Assembly: GCA_964530955.1 (NCBI GenBank)
Contig: CAZHCL010000011.1
Location: forward strand, 1-24,176
Direction of reading: 5' to 3'
Length of the DNA: 24,176 bases
Source: Candidatus Woesearchaeota archaeon
GTDB taxonomy: Archaea > Nanobdellota > Nanobdellia > Pacearchaeales > GW2011-AR1
A program made the position numbers and the translations under genes. The notes under the pieces were generated by a model. The model was not told the origin of the DNA, did no database searches, and was given only the letters and a program-made list of their open reading frames with translations. This document shows positions 7,523 through 14,665 of the stretch, in pieces (position 1 is the stretch's first letter; every line of letters begins with the position of its first letter).

Positions 7523-10500
7523 TTAAACGTTCCGTTGTATTTTCACTGATTTCAAGTAAGTGCTTCTGATGTTTCTCTGGTCTCTTTGCAGCACTTTAGC
7601 GATTTCACTGTATCTCATCTGATACTGCTCTTTGCAATATTGTATTGTTGATTCCATTAATGTTCTATTTTTATTGCCGAGAATACTGATAGGTATTAAG
7701 ATTCTTGACTCTTTAATTATAATCTTGCTTGCTCTTTTTTTCTGCGCTTTTTTGTATGCAACCCATATTGTTCTCTGGTCTCTTTGCAGCACTTTAGCGA
7801 TTTCACTGTATCTCATCTTATAATTCTCTCTCAGATATTTGCATGTCGCTTCCAAAATTCCCAGTTCTCTTGAAAATATTTCAACAGGCAGAGATGCTGC
7901 TCTTGGATATTCTAATATCTGTGTTGCTTCATTTTCTGTAAGAGAATTCTTTTTTTGGAACTCTTCAATAAGAGGCTTAAGGCTTTCTTTGATTCTTTCA
8001 TTATTTTCTGATTCTGCAATCAGAATGGTTATTGCTTTAGTCAGAGGGTCATTTTCGATTTTCTTCTTTTTCTTTCTTAGCTTACTACTCATATTTCCAG
8101 TTGAGAATAGCATAACAAGGATTTTTACTGTCCAAGAGCCCTGCTGGGAAGTAGAATATGCCTGGGAGCTCAGTTCAGAACCAACAGTTCTTATGCAAAC
8201 ATACAATCTTTCCTGACCTGTTACTCCGTCATTTATGGAGTTGTTTCCTGTTGAAAGATTAGCTCCTGCTATGGATACGAATCCTCCCGTGCTCATATTA
8301 GTTGAAGTGCTATTGCATTCAACGGGAGGAGAACCTCCAGTAAATGTACTGAAAGAAATATTTTCTGCGTAAATTCCCTTGCTATTATCTGTTTCTCCAA
8401 GTAAATCAGTTGCATTAATTTGTATATTTCCTACTGTAATTGGCTTGTTTCCTGTATTGTTAAGAATTATGGGGTCATTTGTAGCAGTTTGATTTTGAAT
8501 GCCTGGAACGAGTGCATTCCAAATCAAAGAAGTTGGAGAAATTACAAATGCAGCTGTTTGTTGTAAAGTGAATGTCTGTGTTGTATTATACGCGGCATTT
8601 CCTGATGTATCATTAATGCTTATTCCGATATTCCACGTTCCTGAAGTATCAAAATACCATAAATTTACTGTGCAGGAATAATTTACATTATTTGAGTCTA
8701 TATTTCCTACTTTTACGCAGGATGAATTAGATCTGACAGGATTTCCTGCTATTGTGAAGTTTGCAATAATACTCGTGTCATTTAATTTTGCCACTCCTAA
8801 ACTATCTTGAGCTGTAAAATAAAATTTTACTGGAAGGTAACTATTTTCATTTATTGTTTGAGCGGGAATTGCATCAATATATGTTATCGCAGGAAATCCT
8901 GCATTGTCATAAAATACTACTGAAGAGGAATTTACATTTCCAGAAGTGTCATTAGCATAAATTGTCCAATTGTTTGAACCAGGATTTGCAGATAATCCTG
9001 TGACATTATTTCCGCAGGTAATTGTTGTATTTGTTGCTCCCTTGTTTAATGAATACCAACATGCCTGAAGATAGGTGTCAGAAACTGTGTAATTAAGAGC
9101 ATTAATCGTTGTGCTATAGGTCGTGTTAAGAGGATAGGTTAAGTTGATTGATGGAGATTGTTGGTCTTTTAGAGAGAAGTAGGTTGTTTGAGTGTTATTA
9201 ATATTATTTGAGGTATCATTTGCTATAAATGTAATATTATATCTTCCTAATAGGGAAGGGATAGTATATGTTGTATTAAATTTTGTCTTAAATGTTAGAT
9301 TCTTTAGCGTAAGTAATGTGCTTGTTCCATTTGGAAGAGTAATATTTGCTAATGCTGCGCTGTCTCCTCCCCCTAAATCATCGGTTACATTTGCTCCTAT
9401 TTCTATTCCTTGTGTGCTCGTATAATTTGTTGCTGCTGCAGGAATTAATCCGGTAACATTTGGAGGATTTGTATCTGTGTTGTAATTCATTACTGCTTCT
9501 AAATAATCTAGGTAAAATATGGTTGCTGCTGTTCCGGTCGTATGCGTTCTTATTACTAAAGAAGTTCCGTTGACAAGATTACTTAAACCATTGGCAGAGG
9601 TAATGTTGTAAGTTAGTGTGAAATTCTGGAAAGCTGTAGGGGAAGAAGTATTAGAGCCATTAACCATTTTCCAGGCTAGCGATGTGTAATTCCATAATGT
9701 AATATTTAATTTTTCTCCTGCAGTTCCGTTTGTAGTGGATATGGTTCTTAATGCAATGGAAGAAATGCTGCTGTAATAGGGAAGGGTAAAGTTAAACTGG
9801 AAGAAAGAATCCAATGTGGTATTTCCTACCTGGAATGAACTTGTTCCTCCACTCGTATTTAATTTTGAATATTCGGTTGATAAAAGAGGCGAGCTGAATT
9901 TAGTTGTAAGTGTATTTACAGTTAATGTTCCATTGTATCCTATTCCTGTCAAAAGATTAGGAACTAATGTTACAGAAGTTGTTGGGTCGATTATATGGTC
10001 TATTTCTAAGCTGCCTCCTGTGACTTGTAAATCAAAAGTATCTTCGCTGTCTTGTAAGTTTGTAAGATAGACTTTGTTGTAGGCATTATTCTTTATGTTT
10101 GAAAATGTGGCTATAGGAATCGTTTGATTATTTTCAAAGACAGTTATCTGTGGATTACCTGAAATAGTTTTTGGATATAAGGTAATATCATTTTTATTTG
10201 TTAGATTTTCCTGAAAAGTAACTCTGATATATTCATTGTTTTTTATTTCAGGGCTCCAGATGTTGTCAAGAGCTTTTACACTGTCATAAATATCTTCTAT
10301 GAATGTCCTATTTTCATCCAGATGTTGGGCATTTGTAACAATTATTATTTCGAATGTTTCATTGCTTAAATGAGGAGTTATCCACGAAATCTGGTCGATA
10401 TATCCATCGTTATTGCTGTCGATTGGATTAAATGAGAAATCTTGTGGAGTTCCGTTTACTATCCAGTATAATTTTATTTTATCTTGAGAATTAATTGATA

Positions 10501-11890
10501 TTTTTGTGCTGATATTAGCATAGGTTAAAACATTTCGATAGTGAAGAGAATCTGGTCCAGTTACTGTTACTATTTTATGTGTTGTATCCATTTGTGTTTC
10601 AGAAGTTGTTGGAGCAGGAGTTTCGTAAATGACATTTATGTCTGTGCTATTGTCTGCAGTAAACTCTATTATATTGTCATTCTGAACCTGAGGTAGAGAA
10701 TTAATTCCTTTTTTTGCAGGAGGATTTTTTTGCCTATATGAAAATCCGCGGCTTGCATTGTTTGCGGAAGAAATATTTTTTATTTGCGCGTTGTAGGGTA
10801 AATTTAATGAAAGCAACCCTGGTTGTCCTGCTTTTATATTTCTTATCCATTGAACTGGTTTGTTAATCTCTGCAGGAAGTTGCAAGTCAGTTTGATTTTC
10901 TATTGTTGCATTGAGAGTAATATTTTCGTTCGCAGTTGAATTATCCTGAGAGATATTATTTTGAGCTGGCAAGGAGATATTTTCAGATACATTAACATCA
11001 TTTAGATTGATCATTGAGTAAGAAATGTTGTTTAGGGATAAGAAAGCGTTATTTAATTCAACTTTAATAGGATATGAGTTTTGCGAGACATTTAGCTGAC
11101 TCAGATCGCAATTTTCTGTGCAGACTTCTAAGAAAGAATAGTTTATTGGAAAGTAGGAATAGGTTGAATTATCAATAGAGGGCTTCCCTTGGTAAGGACT
11201 TGTTTGGTTTTGGGAAGCCCCCTCTTGAATATTTGATTGCTGAGAATCGGTGATGTTTATATCTGAGGTAATAAACCCAGTCAGCAGGTTTGTTGATTGA
11301 TTTGCTTGCATATTTGAAGAAGGATTTTTTGCCTGATAATTATCCGAGTTAAAAATTAGAATATTTCCTAAATAGATTTTTACATAACCATCATTACTGG
11401 TTAGCTGAATATTTCCTGAAATTTTTACAGAGGTCAAAGTTCCGTTATTCAATGGAGTCCAAACATATGTATCTGGACTTGAAAAAGAAAGTCCAAGGGA
11501 ATCCTGATAGCTATTTTCATTCTGGTTTATTATGAACCCTGATAGCTTTGGAGAGAGATAAAAGAATGAAATGAGAAGAATCGAGATAATTAGAAAGAGG
11601 AATGCTGAATTTACAATCTTTTTTCTTGTAACATTTTTATTTTCAAGTTCTATTCTTCTTTCACATTCTTTTTCAAACCACTCATAATATTCAATCCATT
11701 CAGAGATTGTTTTTCCTTCTCTCTTTTGGGAAAGGAATTCTTTATACTCTGCAAGAGTCAGTTCTTTCTTAAGAAGAAGCTCATTTTTTTTCTGTAGGAA
11801 TTGTATTAATTGTTTTTTGTACTTATTAGAAATCTCTTTCTGCCTGGAAAGAGAGTTAATCCTATCTCTGATTAAATTAGTCCTTACCAT
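7523..11890 (-). CDS. Giant membrane-anchored surface protein (1455 aa) with Ig-like ectodomain and C-terminal tandem HTH
   Basis: About 90-aa charged N-terminal domain, TM aa 92-112, about 1150-aa sequon-rich ectodomain (DSNNDGYID Ca-binding-like motif, DT.PP Ig-like repeats), short hydrophobic stretch WTVKILVMLFS plus KLRKKKKK, then two copies of MRYSEIAKVLQRDQR in HTH-like context. Confidence 0.92.
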   Translation of the reverse strand: MVRTNLIRDRINSLSRQKEISNKYKKQLIQFLQKKNELLLKKELTLAEYKEFLSQKREGKTISEWIEYYEWFEKECERRIELENKNVTRKKIVNSAFLFLIISILLISFFYLSPKLSGFIINQNENSYQDSLGLSFSSPDTYVWTPLNNGTLTSVKISGNIQLTSNDGYVKIYLGNILIFNSDNYQAKNPSSNMQANQSTNLLTGFITSDINITDSQQSNIQEGASQNQTSPYQGKPSIDNSTYSYFPINYSFLEVCTENCDLSQLNVSQNSYPIKVELNNAFLSLNNISYSMINLNDVNVSENISLPAQNNISQDNSTANENITLNATIENQTDLQLPAEINKPVQWIRNIKAGQPGLLSLNLPYNAQIKNISSANNASRGFSYRQKNPPAKKGINSLPQVQNDNIIEFTADNSTDINVIYETPAPTTSETQMDTTHKIVTVTGPDSLHYRNVLTYANISTKISINSQDKIKLYWIVNGTPQDFSFNPIDSNNDGYIDQISWITPHLSNETFEIIIVTNAQHLDENRTFIEDIYDSVKALDNIWSPEIKNNEYIRVTFQENLTNKNDITLYPKTISGNPQITVFENNQTIPIATFSNIKNNAYNKVYLTNLQDSEDTFDLQVTGGSLEIDHIIDPTTSVTLVPNLLTGIGYNGTLTVNTLTTKFSSPLLSTEYSKLNTSGGTSSFQVGNTTLDSFFQFNFTLPYYSSISSIALRTISTTNGTAGEKLNITLWNYTSLAWKMVNGSNTSSPTAFQNFTLTYNITSANGLSNLVNGTSLVIRTHTTGTAATIFYLDYLEAVMNYNTDTNPPNVTGLIPAAATNYTSTQGIEIGANVTDDLGGGDSAALANITLPNGTSTLLTLKNLTFKTKFNTTYTIPSLLGRYNITFIANDTSNNINNTQTTYFSLKDQQSPSINLTYPLNTTYSTTINALNYTVSDTYLQACWYSLNKGATNTTITCGNNVTGLSANPGSNNWTIYANDTSGNVNSSSVVFYDNAGFPAITYIDAIPAQTINENSYLPVKFYFTAQDSLGVAKLNDTSIIANFTIAGNPVRSNSSCVKVGNIDSNNVNYSCTVNLWYFDTSGTWNIGISINDTSGNAAYNTTQTFTLQQTAAFVISPTSLIWNALVPGIQNQTATNDPIILNNTGNKPITVGNIQINATDLLGETDNSKGIYAENISFSTFTGGSPPVECNSTSTNMSTGGFVSIAGANLSTGNNSINDGVTGQERLYVCIRTVGSELSSQAYSTSQQGSWTVKILVMLFSTGNMSSKLRKKKKKIENDPLTKAITILIAESENNERIKESLKPLIEEFQKKNSLTENEATQILEYPRAASLPVEIFSRELGILEATCKYLRENYKMRYSEIAKVLQRDQRTIWVAYKKAQKKRASKIIIKESRILIPISILGNKNRTLMESTIQYCKEQYQMRYSEIAKVLQRDQRNIRSTYLKSVKIQRNV
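7573..7620 (+). repeat. 48-bp perfect repeat encoding the HTH core, partner 7771-7818
   Basis: TTCTCTGGTCTCTTTGCAGCACTTTAGCGATTTCACTGTATCTCATCT at both positions, 198 nt (66 codons) apart. Confidence 0.95.
8624..8765 (+). repeat. 142-bp perfect repeat, partner 7068-7209
   Basis: Base-by-base identity. Confidence 0.95.
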
Positions 11891-11959
11891 TACTTATTAT
11901 ATATGTAAAATAAGCTTATAAAAGTTGTTATTTAACATAAAATACTTATTATATATGTA
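11891..11959. repeat. 17-bp direct repeat TACTTATTATATATGTA at 11891-11907 and 11943-11959 in the divergent promoter region
   Basis: Identical copies 52 bp apart; the first abuts the ATG of the 1455-aa gene; TGTTA-TT-TAACA palindrome (11926-11937) lies between them. Confidence 0.75.
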
Positions 11960-12029
11960 TTTTAAAATAAGAGCTCTTTGCTTGCTTTTTACTGTCTTAT
12001 GGAATAGACTCAAATTAATAATAGAAAGA

Positions 12030-12050
12030 TTTAAATATGTGTTAACACAT
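12030..12050 (+). promoter_or_regulatory. TATA box TTTAAATA (12030-12037) plus 14-bp palindrome ATGTGTTAACACAT (12037-12050), likely antitoxin operator
   Basis: Perfect palindrome between the TATA box and the probable start at 12067. Confidence 0.65.
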
Positions 12051-12066
12051 GTATACACAGAACAAT

Positions 12067-12297
12067 ATGGTGAATATAACTTTGACCGTTCCAGATGAAT
12101 TAAAGAAGAAATTGCAAAGTCATCCAGAGGTTAATTGGAGCGCTGTAATCCGCAAGTCTATGCAGGAGCATCTGAAAAAAATAGCTATAGCTGAAGCAAT
12201 TGCCCAGAAAAGTCAGCTAACAGAATTTGATGCAGAGGAAATAGGCAACTTAATAAAAAGAGAGATTGCTAAAAGACATGGAATAAACAAGGCTTAA
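12067..12297 (+). CDS. vapB: Ribbon-helix-helix (CopG/VapB-like) antitoxin; probable start 12067 (ORF track gives 12049)
   Basis: MVNITLTVPDELKKKLQSHPEVNWSAVIRKSM is an RHH pattern; 3 nt upstream of a PIN gene; TATA spacing favours ATG 12067. Confidence 0.8.
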   Translation: MVNITLTVPDELKKKLQSHPEVNWSAVIRKSMQEHLKKIAIAEAIAQKSQLTEFDAEEIGNLIKREIAKRHGINKA

Positions 12298-12300
12298 TTT

Positions 12301-12723
12301 ATGAAATTAGTTATAGATACAAATATTATAATTGCTGCTATGGTGAAAGATGGACTGGCAAGAAAAATAATCTTTTTTGGAAATGTCGATTTAATATCTC
12401 CTGAATTTACTATGGAAGAAGTATATAAACACAGAGATATCATACTCGACAAGGCTCATTTTACTGAGGAAGAATTCAGAATCTTATTTTTGACTATTTT
12501 AGGCAGAGTTAAGATAATCCCCAAATCCAGATATATCTCTTTTTTAAGGGAAGCCGATAGTTTGATTGGAAAAATAGATTATAAAGATGTGCCTTTTCTT
12601 GCTCTTTCTTTGGCCGTAAGAAATGATGGAGTCTGGAGCGATGATAAACATTTCAAAAAACAGAACAAAATCAGGGTTTTAACTACAAAAGAAATAATAG
12701 GTAGCATTCAAAAAATTTCTTGA
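12301..12723 (+). CDS. vapC: PIN-domain ribonuclease toxin (VapC-like)
   Basis: MKLVIDTNIII start; acidic tetrad candidates D6, E(TMEE), D(YKDVPFLAL), D(WSDDKHF). Confidence 0.92.
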   Translation: MKLVIDTNIIIAAMVKDGLARKIIFFGNVDLISPEFTMEEVYKHRDIILDKAHFTEEEFRILFLTILGRVKIIPKSRYISFLREADSLIGKIDYKDVPFLALSLAVRNDGVWSDDKHFKKQNKIRVLTTKEIIGSIQKIS

Positions 12724-12727
12724 ATTT

Positions 12728-13588
12728 TTAAGCGGCATTTCTTATTCTATCAAGGACGCTCGTTTGTGTGTATTGGAGTATTGCGTTTAAAACGTCCAGG
12801 TCAACAATGTCTCGAGGGTCGTCTTTTTTACCTTCTTTCTCTCTTTTTTTCATATGCTCTTTTTTGACTTCAAATAAATACTTTGGATTGGCAATGCTTA
12901 TTTTTGTTCCTTCTAGGCAAAGCTGTATTGGTTGAAAGCTGGCAAGAGGGAGAGTTATTCCTTCTTTATTGGACACAATATATACTTCTGACTGGGAGAC
13001 TAATCTTTCGCCTGCTGTGAACTTGTATCCATCTCTAGTTACTATATTATTTTGAGAATCCTTATAATGGTGGACAAATAAGTCGAAGTAATCTCCTATT
13101 CTGTGCCCTTTTACATTTGCATTTTTCATTATTCTAAGCCTGTGTGAAGTATGCTTTTCCCTTTTCCAAGTTTCTCTTCCTTCTCTTATTTGTTTTGGAG
13201 TTATTGGGTGGGCAGCATCAACTTTAATGCCTCCTCCTATTGAAGCAGTGGAAGTTATTTGGTAGATACCCATTCCGTTTTCTTCAGTTTTTGCAGCAAT
13301 TGTCTCTAGATCCTGCTCCATACATGTGTAATGAATAACTCCTGAGCTATCTCGGTAAAACCCATCTACTGGATTTTTTAAGTGTAGGGAATATAATTCC
13401 AGACTTTCTTTGTCTCTTTCTGAGTATAGTTTAGTTAAAAATTGTATTGCCAAACCCCCGCTAAGTATTAATGGGGCATTTTGCATGCATCTAAAACTAT
13501 CAATTACTCTCCTTTCCAATTCAGCCACTTTTTCGGGAGAAATATGTCTGAACTCTCTTGGATGCTTATAACCCAGCGCAAGCGTCAT
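12728..13588 (-). CDS. Nucleotidyltransferase-fold protein (AbiEii/DUF1814-like), catalytic DxD apparently degenerate (286 aa)
   Basis: ILSGGLAIQ motif, C-terminal NPKYLFEVK and PRDIVDLDVL resemble this superfamily; expected R.T.DID is replaced by RDSSGVI. Confidence 0.55.
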   Translation of the reverse strand: MTLALGYKHPREFRHISPEKVAELERRVIDSFRCMQNAPLILSGGLAIQFLTKLYSERDKESLELYSLHLKNPVDGFYRDSSGVIHYTCMEQDLETIAAKTEENGMGIYQITSTASIGGGIKVDAAHPITPKQIREGRETWKREKHTSHRLRIMKNANVKGHRIGDYFDLFVHHYKDSQNNIVTRDGYKFTAGERLVSQSEVYIVSNKEGITLPLASFQPIQLCLEGTKISIANPKYLFEVKKEHMKKREKEGKKDDPRDIVDLDVLNAILQYTQTSVLDRIRNAA

Positions 13589-13723
13589 GTAATATGAAAT
13601 AAACTCATATTCTTAAACCTTATACCTTCTTTTCACTACTGCAATATGAAACTTGGCTAAACCTAAGGTTTATAAAAGCCAGCTATTTAGAATCATTATC
13701 GTATTGTTTTAACTAAACATATC

Positions 13724-13730
13724 AGGAGGT
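13724..13730 (+). promoter_or_regulatory. Strong Shine-Dalgarno AGGAGGT
   Basis: 3 nt upstream of ATG 13734; TTTATAAA box at 13669-13676. Confidence 0.7.
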
Positions 13731-13733
13731 AAA

Positions 13734-13907
13734 ATGGCAAAAGAAAAAATGGAGTTTTATGATGTGAAGAGCAAGAAGAAGTTTTCCACTGAGGATTATA
13801 GACTAGTTGAGAAAGGCGGAAGGAACTTCGCTGTTGCAAAGTCACAATCTGGACCTCATGAATGCTGGCGAGTTGTTTCAAAGGAAACTGCAGCTAAGAT
13901 TAAGTAA
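13734..13907 (+). CDS. cc1: CC1-like small archaeal chromatin protein (57 aa), not in ORF track
   Basis: MAKEKMEFYDVKSKKKFSTEDYRLVEKGGRNFAVAKSQSGPHECWRVVSKETAAKIK; the FYD.K.K..F.T..Y..VEK....FAVAKS pattern matches crenarchaeal CC1 as I recall it; SD and TATA upstream, T-rich terminator downstream. Confidence 0.85.
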   Translation: MAKEKMEFYDVKSKKKFSTEDYRLVEKGGRNFAVAKSQSGPHECWRVVSKETAAKIK

Positions 13908-13914
13908 CGAGTCT

Positions 13915-13967
13915 ATTAATTTTTACTTTTTTATTATTTTTTGTTGGTTGATTTTTTGTGATTTTAT
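13915..13967 (+). terminator. T-rich archaeal terminator-like tract
   Basis: Several oligo-T runs immediately after the CC1-like stop. Confidence 0.45.
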
Positions 13968-14001
13968 ATTCTTATTAGCTTTTGCGGTTGGTGACGAAAG
14001 G

Positions 14002-14030
14002 TTTATATATCTGGTAAGTCATGCCTTACC
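14002..14030 (+). promoter_or_regulatory. TATA box TTTATATA (14002-14009) and inverted repeat GGTAAG-N6-CTTACC (14013-14030), likely AbrB operator
   Basis: The inverted repeat fills the space between the TATA box and ATG 14031. Confidence 0.65.
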
Positions 14031-14300
14031 ATGGTAGAAATAGAGACTGCAACCGTAAGCTCAAAGGGGCAGATTGTAATTCCTGCAAGTATGAGAAAGG
14101 ATATAAAAGAAGGAGATAGATTTTTAATTATTAAAGACAAGTCCAGCTTTCTCCTTAAGAAAGCTGATGATTTAGATGAGAAGTTCAAAGAGGACTTAGA
14201 ATTTGCCAGAAGAACTGAAGAGGCATATAAAAGACATGAAAGAGGGGATTTCAAGAGAATGTCTGCCAACGAGTTTCTTGAAGAACTCAAAAAGTGGTGA
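14031..14300 (+). CDS. AbrB/MazE/SpoVT-family DNA-binding protein (orphan antitoxin-like, 89 aa)
   Basis: TATVSSKGQIVIPASMRKDIKEGDRFLI is the AbrB-fold signature; acidic/aromatic C-terminal tail typical of antitoxins. Confidence 0.9.
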   Translation: MVEIETATVSSKGQIVIPASMRKDIKEGDRFLIIKDKSSFLLKKADDLDEKFKEDLEFARRTEEAYKRHERGDFKRMSANEFLEELKKW

Positions 14301-14359
14301 ATCTATTTTTTTCACTCCAATAATTGTTCCATAAGCCTTAAAAACTTAAATGGATAGAG

Positions 14360-14665
14360 ATGAATATGGCAAAGAAAGATGAAATTGAAAGAATAAAGAA
14401 TAAGATATTACCTATTTTAAAAAAACATAAAGTGATTAAAGCAGGTATATTTGGTAGCTATGCGAGAGGGGAGCAGAAAAAGAAAAGCGATGTTGATATC
14501 CTTGTTGAAATAGATGATAATGAAATGAGTTTAATGGGATTTATCAGATTAAAAAATATATTGGAGAAGGCTATCAGAAGAAAAATTGATTTGGTAGAAT
14601 ATAGTTTAATAAGAAAAGAATTACGTCAAAATATACTTCATGACGAGATTCCTATTTTAAGATGA
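14360..14665 (+). CDS. mntA: Minimal nucleotidyltransferase (MNT) antitoxin
   Basis: GSYARGEQKKKSDVD = GSX10DXD; IDLV near the C-terminus; ATGA overlap with the HEPN gene. Start may be 14366. Confidence 0.93.
   Translation: MNMAKKDEIERIKNKILPILKKHKVIKAGIFGSYARGEQKKKSDVDILVEIDDNEMSLMGFIRLKNILEKAIRRKIDLVEYSLIRKELRQNILHDEIPILR

Noticed and set aside
6735-8765. Template/variable-repeat pair of a diversity-generating retroelement
   Set aside because: No reverse transcriptase in the window; shared tracts are fully identical and flanking mismatches are not adenine-specific.
3241-10070. Plus-strand ORFs 3241-3570, 4621-4815, 4918-5124, 6751-6936, 7632-7823, 7839-8216, 8499-8681, 9192-9425, 9816-10070
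   Set aside because: Antisense shadows of well-supported minus-strand genes; no recognisable motifs.
13658-13703. Palindrome TAAACCT-A-AGGTTTA and a lone TATCGTA half-site upstream of the CC1-like gene
   Set aside because: The first is explainable as promoter elements in a divergent promoter region; the second lacks its partner half-site.
13696-14290. ORFs 13696-13881(-), 13807-14037(+), 14003-14290(-)
   Set aside because: They overlap the CC1-like gene, its terminator or the AbrB gene, which have far better support.
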